A DNA stretch of 64,000 nt. Source: an uncultured Methanosarcinaceae archaeon (GTDB lineage Archaea; Halobacteriota; Methanosarcinia; Methanosarcinales; Methanosarcinaceae). The translations under genes and the position numbers were made by a program. The stretch spans positions 320,001-384,000 of the forward strand of contig CAVSHT010000009.1 of assembly GCA_963727895.1 (NCBI GenBank), read 5' to 3'. Of the stretch, positions 43,999 to 54,950 are shown piece by piece; within the stretch, counting starts at the first letter, position 1; the number at the start of each line of letters is the position of its first letter. The notes below the pieces were generated by a model. It saw nothing but the letters and a program-made list of their open reading frames with translations, did no database searches and had not been told where the DNA came from.

Positions 43999-44106
43999 TA
44001 TATGTGAAGGAATTTGTAAAGCAGTTTTTATAGATATATATTTTAGAAATAGATTCCTCAAATCAAATTATCTCATCCCAGAATTTCCGTCAGGAGGTTA
44101 AATTAA

Positions 44107-44898
44107 ATGAGCATGGAACTGCAATTAATAGATACAATTTTTTTTTCAGACAAAAGAAAGAACTTGCTTTTACTCCTAAAGGACGGGCCAAAAACAATTG
44201 AGGAAATCAAGACCAGACTTGAAGTCAGTTCCAGTCCTATAATGGCTCAGATCCGTATTTTGCTCAAAGAAGGACTGCTGGTTCAAAAAGACGACAGCTA
44301 TGAACTTTCATTAAAAGGAAAGCTGATTGTTCCAAAAATGGAGCCTCTTCTTTCCACTTTTCAGGTTTTCGATGAGAACCATGATTACTGGGCAAGGCAG
44401 AATTTGCGGACACTCCCTCTACACCTGCTGGAAAGAATTGGAGAGCTTGGAAGTTGTAGGGAACTTATACCTGAGAGAACCCATATTTTTGATTACCCTC
44501 CTGAAATTATGGACCCTCTTTATAAATCAAAAACAGTTATGGAAGTCTCTTCTTTTTTCCGTCCCGGATACCCGAGCCTCTATCTGGACCTTGCAAAAAG
44601 AGGTATTGAAGTATCTCTTATTCTGGAAAGACCAATCTATGAAAGACTGACCTCCGATTTTCGAGCAGATGTGGAAGAATTCTTAAACCTGAAAAATGCG
44701 AATATATTTGTCTGTGACAATAAAATTGAACTTGCTTCCAGTATTGTTACCGATCGCTTCATCTCACTATCAATGATCTCTAAAGAAGGAAGATATTATA
44801 ATCATGAAATGATAAGCTTTGAAAAAAGCGCTCTTTCATGGGGTCATGAGCTATTTGACTACTATAAAGACCTGTCCGAACAAATAACCCAAATTTAA
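44107..44898 (+). CDS. Methanol-specific regulator MsrB-like (ArsR/DUF1724)
   Basis: Second paralog of the divergent pair; GGAGG RBS. Confidence 0.8.
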   Translation: MSMELQLIDTIFFSDKRKNLLLLLKDGPKTIEEIKTRLEVSSSPIMAQIRILLKEGLLVQKDDSYELSLKGKLIVPKMEPLLSTFQVFDENHDYWARQNLRTLPLHLLERIGELGSCRELIPERTHIFDYPPEIMDPLYKSKTVMEVSSFFRPGYPSLYLDLAKRGIEVSLILERPIYERLTSDFRADVEEFLNLKNANIFVCDNKIELASSIVTDRFISLSMISKEGRYYNHEMISFEKSALSWGHELFDYYKDLSEQITQI

Positions 44899-44962
44899 TT
44901 TTAATCAATTGATTTATATTTCACAAAGCTTGAAATAATCTTGAATTTTACCTGATGAAGAG

Positions 44963-45439
44963 ATGAAAAAAAAAGGTTTTCCAGCGATCATTGACGAAAA
45001 TACTGAAATCCTGATTCTTGGATCTCTTCCAAGCGATATTTCGATCAAAAAACATCAGTATTATGGAAATCCAGGAAATGATTTCTGGAGGCTGCTTGGC
45101 AGTATTATAGAAGAGAACCTTCAGGATCTGAATTATCAAAACAGGCTTGAAACTCTGAAACGTAATAAAATAGGGCTTTGGGATGTGTTTAAAGCTGGAA
45201 AAAGAGAAGGAAGCCAGGATTCAAAGATCAAAAATGAAGAAATAAATCAGTTTTCAATGTTGAAAGAATTAGCTCCGTCTCTAAAATTGGTTCTTTTTAA
45301 TGGTAGGAAATCTGGAAAATATGAACAGGTCCTGAAGGCAATGGGATATGAAACAAAAATCCTTCCTTCTTCAAGTGGAGCAAACCGTAGATTTCTAGAA
45401 AAGAGAAAGTTAGAATGGGAAGCAGCTTTCAAACGTTAA
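44963..45439 (+). CDS. Hypoxanthine-DNA glycosylase (UDG superfamily)
   Basis: LILGSLPS..YYGNPGNDFW, IGLWDV, LPSSSGAN. Confidence 0.88.
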   Translation: MKKKGFPAIIDENTEILILGSLPSDISIKKHQYYGNPGNDFWRLLGSIIEENLQDLNYQNRLETLKRNKIGLWDVFKAGKREGSQDSKIKNEEINQFSMLKELAPSLKLVLFNGRKSGKYEQVLKAMGYETKILPSSSGANRRFLEKRKLEWEAAFKR

Positions 45440-46112
45440 TTTTCGTTTGCTTCACGTCCTTCGCAATTGAATATTTTGAGTTTTATGCGAATTTCGGTTA
45501 TTTTTTGCTTTTTTGAGGGATTGCAGTCATTAAATGTTGGAAAATTATGTATAATAGGTTTTACTGGATTATTTAATGAAATTTATTATGAAATAATCAA
45601 AATTAAATAAAATAACAGTAAATGATACTCTCAAACAAAAGGTCAGTAAAGAGGGATAGTTTCTTGTTTTTTAACCACAGTCTGTTACGTATAAATCATT
45701 GTGCAAAAGAAGTCCTTAACTGATAAACCAATAAAACTTGGTATAATCCCCTAAATATAGCCTAATTCTTCAAATTTAGTGTAATCCCATCAAATTTGAC
45801 ATAATTTTTCAAAAAAGAGGATAAAAAGCTGGAAATAGCTTGAGTATACCTTTGAACAACATCAAAAAACGAAAAGACTGTGTACAGTACATATTTTTTA
45901 ATAATAAGGAAAACTAATTCGGCTTATTTTATTTATATTCCAGTTGTATACATTTACGCTCAAAGATAAAATAAACTTAGCTTTATCATTTCAAGATAAG
46001 GGTGTGGGATCTGAATATTTAAAAAAATGTAATTTTTCCATTGTTACAGATATTCTTGAGCCTGCGAATATTAAAACGTAGCGTGGAATAGTGAAATTAA
46101 TGGAAGACTAAC

Positions 46113-46631
46113 ATGAAGAAATTAGTTATATTACTGATTATGCTTATATCAGTACTTTTTACAGCTGGATGTAGTGAAAATTCGAAAAATGCCACAAACT
46201 CTGTTACGCAAGTGGACAATAATGTTGTTGCTATAACCCAACTGGAACAGATAAACAAATCTTTAGAAAAAACTCCAGTCTTTGTAAAGATAGGAGCTAG
46301 ATGGTGTCCAGAATGTCGGTCTTTAAAGCCCGTACTTGACAAACTAGCAGTAGAATACCAGGGAAAAGCAACTATTGCGGCCATAGATGTAGATAAAAGC
46401 CCAGAAATTGGGAGATATTTTGGGGTAGAGATTATTCCATATTCATTTGTAGTTACGGGTATTGAAAATGGAAAATATATATACATGCAGAAGGATGGAA
46501 ATGTCAGCACGGATATTTCCCAGGCAAGATTTGTTGGACGAAATGAGACTGATGAAGAAATGTTTAAAAAAGTTTTGAATAACTCACTTCTTCAACAGAA
46601 AAAAGAGAGTTCAAACGAAACGAAACAATGA
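46113..46631 (+). CDS. Secreted thioredoxin-family lipoprotein
   Basis: Signal peptide with TAGC lipobox; WCPEC active site. Confidence 0.88.
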   Translation: MKKLVILLIMLISVLFTAGCSENSKNATNSVTQVDNNVVAITQLEQINKSLEKTPVFVKIGARWCPECRSLKPVLDKLAVEYQGKATIAAIDVDKSPEIGRYFGVEIIPYSFVVTGIENGKYIYMQKDGNVSTDISQARFVGRNETDEEMFKKVLNNSLLQQKKESSNETKQ

Positions 46632-46729
46632 AAATATGATTACTCTCAAAAAGCCGAATGAGCTAGAAAATCAAAGTTTCAGATAAAATGCAGAGTTATG
46701 AATAAAGATAAAAAATCAAGAGGATAATT

Positions 46730-46963
46730 ATGGTTTGTCCAGTTTGTGTGGTTGGGGGAATTGGATTTATTCTCAGTAGGATTTTTGGGTTTCCAGATGT
46801 CTGCGTTGCCTTTATTGTCGGGATGTTGGCGACCTCTACGGCTTACTGGGCAAATCATCTCATGACAAAGAGATGGAAGAAAATAAAAGGTCAACTTGTG
46901 GCACTTAATATCATATCAGGAATTATGTTTTTATATTCTCTAAAATGGATTGGATTGTGGTAA
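46730..46963 (+). CDS. Small membrane protein with N-terminal CPVC
   Basis: GAGGA RBS; MVCPVC followed by about three hydrophobic segments. Confidence 0.7.
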   Translation: MVCPVCVVGGIGFILSRIFGFPDVCVAFIVGMLATSTAYWANHLMTKRWKKIKGQLVALNIISGIMFLYSLKWIGLW

Positions 46964-47041
46964 GACAGTAGATATGAAAAAATAGAAAAAGAAATAGAGA
47001 AATCGAAGAGTTAAAAATAAATAAGAAAATTCGAAGTTTCA

Positions 47042-49105
47042 TTATTTTTTGTTTTGAATTAAATATCCAATTATCACTATTATTACTCCACAACCCATAA
47101 TACCTAATAAAAAAGTTAGGTTGCTAGACTTTAATGAAGAATTAGAAGAACTTGCGTTAACATTTGCGTTAACATAAGTTTCTGTATTGTTCATCTGTTT
47201 ATATGTACAGTTTGAACTAACTATAGTCGGTATTTCAGGCATTGAAGAGATATCATTTGCAGATATTTTAATATTATATTGATCCAGATTAGGCGTTAAT
47301 GTGGTGGTGTACTTCTTTCCATCTGCGGTAATTGTTACAATTTTATATGTGACATATTGAGTCAAATGGAAATTTACTCTACCGTCATTATTTGTCCATG
47401 CACAAAAATTCGGTTTTTCAGTATTGGGATCATTATTTGGCGTATAAATCTGAACTTCGCACCCAGGAACTTTCTCATTTGAATCAGTAACATATAACTG
47501 TACATAGTGTGGTGCACAATAATTTGGTGCTTCAGTCATTTTCAAATTTAGTTCTGTGTTTATACCTGTCATATTGATTGGCAATTTTGGACTGTTAAGA
47601 TAGCCTGGTGCTGAAGCAGTTAAACAGTATTTGCCTGTGTCACTGGTCGTAGTAAACTGGTAAAGTCCATCAACATCGGTAATTTGAGTACAATTCCATG
47701 TATTATTTGATAACGTAATTACAGCACCCTGAACAGGTTTACCCGTGGCTGCATCAATTAAATATCCAAATATACCGGAAGAAACTGTAGCAGATTTTTT
47801 ACCGCATACTGTGAACAAACTTACAGGACTGTTGTATACCCATGAATTGTGAACTTTATCATATGCACCGATTTTTATAGCAAACGACCCGTTGTGGCTT
47901 ATTGGTATATTTGCAGATGTTTGTGAAGTTTTAAGACTGTAGATTAAGTGAGAAGAATCTAATTTTGATGTGCTGTTATATACATTAATAGAATAACTGG
48001 TTGCATTCAAATATGTCCAGCTTATACTCACATATCCGTTAACAGTTGAAATTTTACTGCCATTCGCTGGAAAAGTAACTGAAGGCACTACAGAACCATT
48101 GTAAGCAGGTAAATTTTTTGTACCGTTTTCTGCAACATACCCACGATCTTTTGTACCTCTGGAGCAGGAATAAGTGCTAGTTACAATATTGCCGGTTGAT
48201 TTAATATTCAGACCACTAATTCCATCATATGCAGGACTGTGATAGAAAATATTATTTGAAACAGTGCCTCTGCCTGAACAATTACCATCAGCTGAATCCT
48301 GATAGATTGTATTTAATTGAAGGGTTGAGAATATATTATCACAAATACTAAGACCTGTTACATTTCCTCCCATAACTTCTACACCAGCATTACCAGAACC
48401 GGTCTCAGTGTAAAAAGTATTCTTGCAAATCTGGACGTTTTTAGTATTATGAATTTTAATGCAAGAATTTATGAAAGTGCCCCAGCAATTGTTATATATG
48501 GAAATTCCATCTCCTGCAGACCATGCATCAAAACTGTCATGCCCGGGTTTACACACTGTATTATAAACCTTGACATTGCTGGTATTTTTTTTGCAGGAAA
48601 TAAAGTCTCCCATACTGTATTGCATTTTTAAGTCATGAATAACTACATCTGAACAGCCAGACAAAAAAATTCCTTTTTCATATTCCCTATACTTGTTTTT
48701 TGCCGAATGCATTATGCTTAAAGATCCCCAACCACCGTCAATTAAGAAATTTGAAATTTCAATATCAGAAACACCATTGCAGTTAATGATATTTTGAGTT
48801 GCAAAATTAGATTCAGGATTATCACAATAGATAACGGTTGCACCAATTCCATTTCCATTAAGGTTTACTCCTGATTTCATGATAATAGGTGAACTTATGT
48901 GAAAAGTAATTGGTGCAAGCTGTACAGTGTCACCTGAATTTGCTGATTGTATGGCAGCGTTAATAATATTCTGGTCGTCTGAACCTGTAGGACTAAAAAA
49001 AGTTCCTGGACCAACATTGATAACTTCAGCTGAACAATTTGCTGAAAAAAAACATACAAACAAAAGTAGAGAAATGAAAAAATTATGAGGTTTAATACAT
49101 ACCAT
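47042..49105 (-). CDS. Secreted right-handed beta-helix protein with carboxypeptidase-regulatory-like domain and C-terminal TM anchor
   Basis: Signal peptide; SDDQNIINAAI..GDTV; N/G-rich repeats; TGKPVQGAVI..TDVDGLY; C-terminal hydrophobic helix plus KK. Confidence 0.75.
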   Translation of the reverse strand: MVCIKPHNFFISLLLFVCFFSANCSAEVINVGPGTFFSPTGSDDQNIINAAIQSANSGDTVQLAPITFHISSPIIMKSGVNLNGNGIGATVIYCDNPESNFATQNIINCNGVSDIEISNFLIDGGWGSLSIMHSAKNKYREYEKGIFLSGCSDVVIHDLKMQYSMGDFISCKKNTSNVKVYNTVCKPGHDSFDAWSAGDGISIYNNCWGTFINSCIKIHNTKNVQICKNTFYTETGSGNAGVEVMGGNVTGLSICDNIFSTLQLNTIYQDSADGNCSGRGTVSNNIFYHSPAYDGISGLNIKSTGNIVTSTYSCSRGTKDRGYVAENGTKNLPAYNGSVVPSVTFPANGSKISTVNGYVSISWTYLNATSYSINVYNSTSKLDSSHLIYSLKTSQTSANIPISHNGSFAIKIGAYDKVHNSWVYNSPVSLFTVCGKKSATVSSGIFGYLIDAATGKPVQGAVITLSNNTWNCTQITDVDGLYQFTTTSDTGKYCLTASAPGYLNSPKLPINMTGINTELNLKMTEAPNYCAPHYVQLYVTDSNEKVPGCEVQIYTPNNDPNTEKPNFCAWTNNDGRVNFHLTQYVTYKIVTITADGKKYTTTLTPNLDQYNIKISANDISSMPEIPTIVSSNCTYKQMNNTETYVNANVNASSSNSSLKSSNLTFLLGIMGCGVIIVIIGYLIQNKK

Positions 49106-49298
49106 AAATTATTCTATAGCATTATTGTCTTAAATTTTTTATTATTACTTTCTCTTTAATCATCAAAGTTAAGTTCCAAATGTAAATAATTTGCTCATTT
49201 ATCTTTTTAGTCTCTCACTCTTTAAGTATAAATGACAATATTTAACTTGTTCATTGTTGATAAAGGACAGATAAACGTTTGTAGCAAAGGAAAGGTAC

Positions 49299-50653
49299 AT
49301 GGATTTAAGAGAAGTAATTAGGAAATATAAACAATTTAAGGTCCCTTCTTTATCGGAAATTCAAAAGAAGGCGAACCAACACTCAAAAACAAGCCTAGTT
49401 ATTATCATTCTTCTTTTTGCTCTTTTGCTTTTGGCACTTCAATACATTCCTCATAATCAAGTAGCTCAATTTAATATCACGAATCAAAAAGACTTAGCTG
49501 ATGCTGAAAACAGTTATCGAGCGACATTAGCTCAAATATATGGTGGCGTTGCTATTGCTATTGGTATTTATTACACATGGCGTAGGATCACGATAGCTGA
49601 GGAAGATTTGAAAGCAACTCAGGAAAATCTTAAGGTTGCCCGAGAAACCAGATTACTGAACGCTTTACAAGAGCTGTTGAGCAGTTAGGAGCTATTGATA
49701 ACTTAGGAAATCCAGCAATTGAGATTCGATGAGGTGGAATATATGCACTTGAAAGAATCGCAAATGAATCTGAAAAAGACTACTGGCCAATTATGGAGAT
49801 TTTAACGGCATATATTAGAAAGAATTCACATGTTGAATATGGGGAAAGAACCTTTCATTTTGAATATTCCAATGCTCATAAAGAGAGTATAGAAATTGAA
49901 GATCGAAAAATGCAAGATCGAGTCTCTTTGGACATTCACGCAATTATTACTGTAATTAGGAGACGCAAGCATTTATTAAATTATGGAGAAGCTGACCATC
50001 TAGATCTACAAGGAACTAACCTACGAGAAGCTAACTTTCAAGGAGCCAATCTTCAAGGGACTGATTTTAAATGGACTTACTTTGGAGGAGCTAACTTTAG
50101 AGAGGCTAAACTTCAAGAAGCAGATCTAGAAGATGCTAATCTTCAAGAAGTTATCTTTGTAGATGCTGACCTTGCAGGAGCTAATCTTACAGGAACTTAT
50201 CTTAGAGGAACTAACCTAATTAATGCTAACCTTAAAGAAATTAACCTTAATGGGGCAGATTTAAGAAAAGCTTTCCTTCAAGGGATCAATCTTCAAGATG
50301 CTACTCTTATATTAGCAAACTTTGAAAGAGTAAATCTTGAAGGGGCTAACCTTAAAGATACTGACCTTATGGATGCTAATCTTGACAGGACTAACCTTAG
50401 AGATGCTAACCTTGGAGGAGCTAACCTTTTAGGAGCTTACCTTGGAGACGCTCACTTTGAAGGAACTAATTTTGGAAGAGCAAACTTTGAAATGGCTAAC
50501 CTTGAATATGCGGAATTGAAAGGAGCAAAAAATCTTACAGTTGACCAGCTCTCAAAAGTGAAAACGCTTTATAAGGCAGAATTAGACCCAGAGCTAGAAG
50601 AAGAATTAAGAGCGAAAGGCTTTGGTAAACTAATTGACGATGAACCAAAGTGA
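49299..50653 (+). pseudogene. Membrane-anchored pentapeptide-repeat protein, frameshift plus nonsense codon
   Basis: 1-bp loss at ~49645 (restores QITERFTRAVEQLG); TGA 49730 within IR*GGIYALERIA; long A(N/D)LxG repeats. Confidence 0.85.
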
Positions 50654-50771
50654 TGAACTGTGAATTATCAAATCTGAAAGGTCAATTCCGACACGCGTTC
50701 CTTTTCTTTTTGTCTTCATAAAAATCACAAATTTAACCAAGTTTTAATATCATTTAGACTTTCTATACTTT

Positions 50772-51587
50772 ATGGACCATACATATGAAGAATTAAGAAC
50801 GGCAGCAATAGATATATTGGCAGGAAGAGAAAAGACTGTTCAAGGACCATTTCAATACGGGGAGTTAAGTAATTATGTTAAAAGTGTACTGGATAATAGA
50901 GAAAATGGTAGAAATCCAGGCAAGCATAGTTTGTCATATGAACTATCATATCAGGATAGTGATGTATTTCTTGAAGTTTTTTGGGATCTTTTCAGACAAG
51001 GAATAATAACTATAGGTCTTAATAATTCAAACAGAAATTTTCCATTTTTTAGAGTTTCTGCACATGACAAGCGAATTCTTGAAAATCAGGATGTCTACTG
51101 TTATCATGACGTTTCAAGCTATGAAACTGTTATTAAACAGCAAGTACCAAACATTGATGACGTAACTTTGATTTATCTCAAAGAAGCAATGCAGTCATTC
51201 TACAGCGGTTGTTACTTATCATCATCGGTTATTCTTGGAGTTGCTTCAGAGCATACATTTTTGAAATTATTGGAAAAAATCGAGACTATCGGAACGTATA
51301 AGTCAACATTTAAGAAAGCATTTGATGAACGAAATATTTCAAAGAAGTTTGAAGCATTCAAAAACAGGTTAAAACAAGAAATAGGTAACAACAATATATC
51401 TCTACCAGATGAAATAAAAGAAAATCTGGATACAAACCTTGATGGCATAATGAACACCATACGTAACTTCCGTAATGACTCTGGACATCCTAGTGGAAAT
51501 ATAATCAGTCGGGAACAATGCTACGTGAATTTAAATCTCTTTATCCCATACTGCAAAAAAGCCTATCAGTTGATTGATTATTTTTAG
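50772..51587 (+). CDS. Hypothetical protein with C-terminal HEPN-like RxxxxH motif
   Basis: 271-aa ORF; EAMQSF..G.Y.SS..LG..SE helix followed by RNDSGH. Confidence 0.65.
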   Translation: MDHTYEELRTAAIDILAGREKTVQGPFQYGELSNYVKSVLDNRENGRNPGKHSLSYELSYQDSDVFLEVFWDLFRQGIITIGLNNSNRNFPFFRVSAHDKRILENQDVYCYHDVSSYETVIKQQVPNIDDVTLIYLKEAMQSFYSGCYLSSSVILGVASEHTFLKLLEKIETIGTYKSTFKKAFDERNISKKFEAFKNRLKQEIGNNNISLPDEIKENLDTNLDGIMNTIRNFRNDSGHPSGNIISREQCYVNLNLFIPYCKKAYQLIDYF

Positions 51588-51615
51588 ATTTAGAGAATTA
51601 AAGCAAAACGAAAAA

Positions 51616-51660
51616 GTGGACCCGCTGAAATTCGAATTCAAGACCTCTACCGTTGTGAAG
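51616..51660 (-). repeat. Degenerate copy of the tRNA-Val 3' half (att-like direct repeat)
   Basis: 38/45 identical to 53724..53767. Confidence 0.85.
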
Positions 51661-52360
51661 ACTGAAATATGAGATTTATGCACCATTATTAACAAACCAA
51701 ATACGATAAATATTTCTTTCCCAGTAAATGAGTTGGGTAATGCCTTCTTGCGATGATCTTGAAATGCCATGAATTGCAATTAACTTGAAGACTCACTAGA
51801 GATTGAAACATAGCCTATAAGTAGTGAATATCCAGAAGGCTTAAAATTGGGAAAAAAAAGAATATCTAGCCTGAATATAATCATGGCTGTTGTTTCCTAT
51901 TTAATATGTGGTTATGCGACCTGGAAGTACAATTTAGATCCTTCTAGCAATCGCTTAATTGCTGTAGCCCTTTTAATTTTGAGCTTCACATTAGACCTAT
52001 AACTGATATTTTGTAGGAAAATAAAACATGGCCGAAGAATATATTGAATGCTGGAAAAACAAATTACGTATTATTCCTCAGAAATGAAGCTTTTTCTACG
52101 TATTATTCTTCAAAAAAGTCTTAAAACCTCTAAATCATAAAGTATAATAAATAATAATTTACATGTTTATTATAAAATATCAAGATCGTTTATAATAAAT
52201 TGTCTTTTTTGCATCCATTTTACCTATTTCATATATGAATTTTTTAGATTACATGATTTTTAAACAATTTATATTTTAAATAAAAAAGTTTAAGAATCAA
52301 ACAAGCTAAAATTATAAACATTATTTTTATGAAAATAAAAAAAGATAATGAAGTAGATAA

Positions 52361-52840
52361 ATGCAAAATAACAAAAAATTGTATATCTTGCCTTTTATTT
52401 CTGTAATTGCTATTTTATTTTTAATTGTTATTTCGTCTACGGCTTTAGCGTCGATCACTGAAACTCAGATTACAAACTATGGAAAAGCAGGAAGTCCTGC
52501 AATCTATGGAAACAAAATAATTTGGAGTGATATTAATACTGGAGTCTCGAAAATTCATATTTATGATATGTCCACTAAAAAACAGAGTTATATAAACAGT
52601 TCAGCAAGCAAGATGAATCCTGCTATTTATGGAAACAAGGTAGTGTATGAAGACCTTCGGAATGGTGGACCTGATATTTATATGTATGACATTTCTTCTA
52701 AAAAAGAGACTCAAATCACTAATTTAGAAAATGCAGTTTATCCTCATATATTTGGAAATATTATTGCATGGGATACAGAATCGGGTTACAGTGTTGGCAT
52801 ATATGATTATACCACTAAAAAAAAGGGCATTGTTACTTAA
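52361..52840 (+). pseudogene. Surface protein with Methanosarcina beta-propeller repeats, truncated by IS1
   Basis: Signal peptide; PAIYGNK..DIYMYD repeats; frame runs into the IS end at 52826. Confidence 0.85.
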
Positions 52841-53556
52841 CTATATCTAGTTCTTTATTTCTTTATTTCATCAATAGAATAACCGAGTACTTTAGCATTT
52901 CAAGACTCTTCGTATAACACTTTGTCTTTCTTCTCAACCTTGCCAAAAAGTGCCTCAATATGCTGTTATATCCTTCAACAGTATACGTTTCTGCTTTTGA
53001 TTGAGTATGGATCTTTTCTGGAAGAAACTCTGCATATGCTCTCCAGTGATCGGTCATCACTTCTCCAATCTCTTTTTTCTTCAATTTTTTTCAGAGTAGT
53101 TTTCCAGTTTCCGTTCCTCTGCTGCCAAAAGAGCAGTTAATAAACTTTTTCCCAACTCTATCAACAGCAATCCAGATCCAGCAATATTTTTTTTTGTTAC
53201 CGATGTAAGTGTGCATCTCATCCATTTCAACAATAGATATCTCACTTTCACTTTTTAGGTTCTCTCACTCTTGACCAAATTTCTTTATCCATTTTTGGAC
53301 AGAAACATGACTCACCCCTAAAACTCTTCCTATTGAACGAAAGCCCAATCCTTCAAGGTAAAGTTGTAAAGCCTGTTTTTTGACAGAAGCGGAAAAAGCA
53401 GTTGATTTTAGCTCTACTGTATAGTTATAGCCACAATCATGGCATTTGTACCGTTGACGCCCACCAACTATACCATTCTTTTTGTGATTAGAACTATTGC
53501 ATTCATGAAGAAATATATGTTATAAGCATATATATCTATTTTTGAGTACCAATGCC
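52826..53556 (-). mobile_element. IS1-family element, copy 3 (decayed, no TSD)
   Basis: Ends GGCATTGTTACT / AGTACCAATGCC; 10-bp deletion at the orfA start, two TGA codons, A9 at the slip site; flanks do not match. Confidence 0.9.
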
Positions 53557-53724
53557 TTTTATAAAAATGCATAAGATTTTATGGGGGCACTCTTGAATCA
53601 AAGAAAAAGTTCAGTAATAAACACAGTGTACAACAAGAAACCAAATCAGACTTAGAATCAAGACTTGAAGCATTAGAAAATAAAGTCAATGCGTTCTTAG
53701 AATCCGAAAACAAGGATAATTAAG

Positions 53725-53798
53725 TGGGCCCGCTGAGATTCGAACTCAGGACCTCCGCCGTGTGAAGGCGACGTCATAACCGTCTAGACCACGAGCCC
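53725..53798 (-). tRNA. tRNA-Val(CAC)
   Basis: GGGCTCG/CGGGCCC acceptor stem, loop TTCACAC, TTCGAAT T-loop. Confidence 0.95.
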
Positions 53799-54130
53799 AT
53801 AACCTGCATTTGAAAATCATAAAGGTTAAGCAACCATAAATATAACTTCTTAGGTATAAGTTTATCGCTTCAAACTGATATTGGGCTTGCTTGAATATGT
53901 AATAGAATTAACTTGAGTTTTTTGCCACATAAATTACCTTTTGCTTATTTTGAAGTATAAAGTAAAGAGAAAAGTAGAGAGAATTCCTGCTTGAATTTAT
54001 CTTTTTGTAGCTGAGATTTCCTATCTGAGATTTCCTATCTGATTTTTGAAAATTACAATTGAACGACAAAGTAAAAAAGTAAAGAAGTCTTATGTAATAA
54101 CTATATAAATAATTTAGTTATCGGGTTATT

Positions 54131-54895
54131 ATGATAGAAATACTCAAAATCCTCTTCAGCATACCCTTTTTACTTTATTCTTGCTATTCCGATCTGAACT
54201 CCCGCAGAGTTTCGAATAAAGTGTGGAAGTATATGCTCGCATTGGGTTCTATATTTGTGTGTTATGAAATAAATACAGAAGGAATGCCTTTTATAAAGTC
54301 TCTTCTTTTATCAGGAGTTCTCGTATTTACTGTCGTATACATCCTTTTTCAGCTTGGAGCCTTTGGAGGAGGAGACGCAAAAGGTCTAATAGTACTTTCT
54401 ATCCTTTTTCCATCTTATTCGGTTTATCATTTATACGGAGAAACTTATCCCTTGCTAGGACTTCCTCCTATAGGGCTTTTTACATTCACCGTCCTTGGAA
54501 ATGCTCTTCTGGTAACAATAATTGTTCCACTTGAAATGTTTTGCTACAATCTCCTGCATTTATCACCTGAGATGATTAAAAATCCGTTTTATATGTTTCT
54601 AGGTTATAGAACCGAGGTTTCTTCCCTGAAACATAAAAAGCACTTTGGTTTGCTTGAAAAATTTGAGCTTGACGAAAGTGGAAGACTCAAAATAAAATTT
54701 TCGCGAATAGGAAATTGTTTCGATGAAGACCAGAGACCAGAAATTGAAGAGTATCTGAAAAAAGGCTTGATTAAAAAAGATATTTGGGTTACCCCCTGCT
54801 TACCCTTCATGCTTTCAATTACAGCTGGCTTTTTCATAACAGTTATTTTAGGGGATTTAACTTTTTATATAGTTACGCACCTTATTGCAAACTAA
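54131..54895 (+). CDS. A24-family prepilin/preflagellin peptidase (FlaK-like)
   Basis: YSD..RRVSN, FGGGDAK, IWVTP.LPF. Confidence 0.85.
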   Translation: MIEILKILFSIPFLLYSCYSDLNSRRVSNKVWKYMLALGSIFVCYEINTEGMPFIKSLLLSGVLVFTVVYILFQLGAFGGGDAKGLIVLSILFPSYSVYHLYGETYPLLGLPPIGLFTFTVLGNALLVTIIVPLEMFCYNLLHLSPEMIKNPFYMFLGYRTEVSSLKHKKHFGLLEKFELDESGRLKIKFSRIGNCFDEDQRPEIEEYLKKGLIKKDIWVTPCLPFMLSITAGFFITVILGDLTFYIVTHLIAN

Positions 54896-54950
54896 AATAA
54901 AAACTAATCCCATATGTCTACAAACCAGAATTTACGTTATATTTTAAGAA

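Noticed and set aside
50650..50700. GTGATGA...CTGA resembling a box C/D RNA
   Set aside because: Overlaps a stop codon, guide spacing is too long and no C'/D pair follows
51585..51665. TAG stop of the HEPN-like gene as a pyrrolysine read-through
   Set aside because: A second TAG follows two codons later and the extension runs into the att remnant
54012..54043. CTGAGATTTCCTAT tandem duplication
   Set aside because: Simple two-copy slippage repeat with no functional cue
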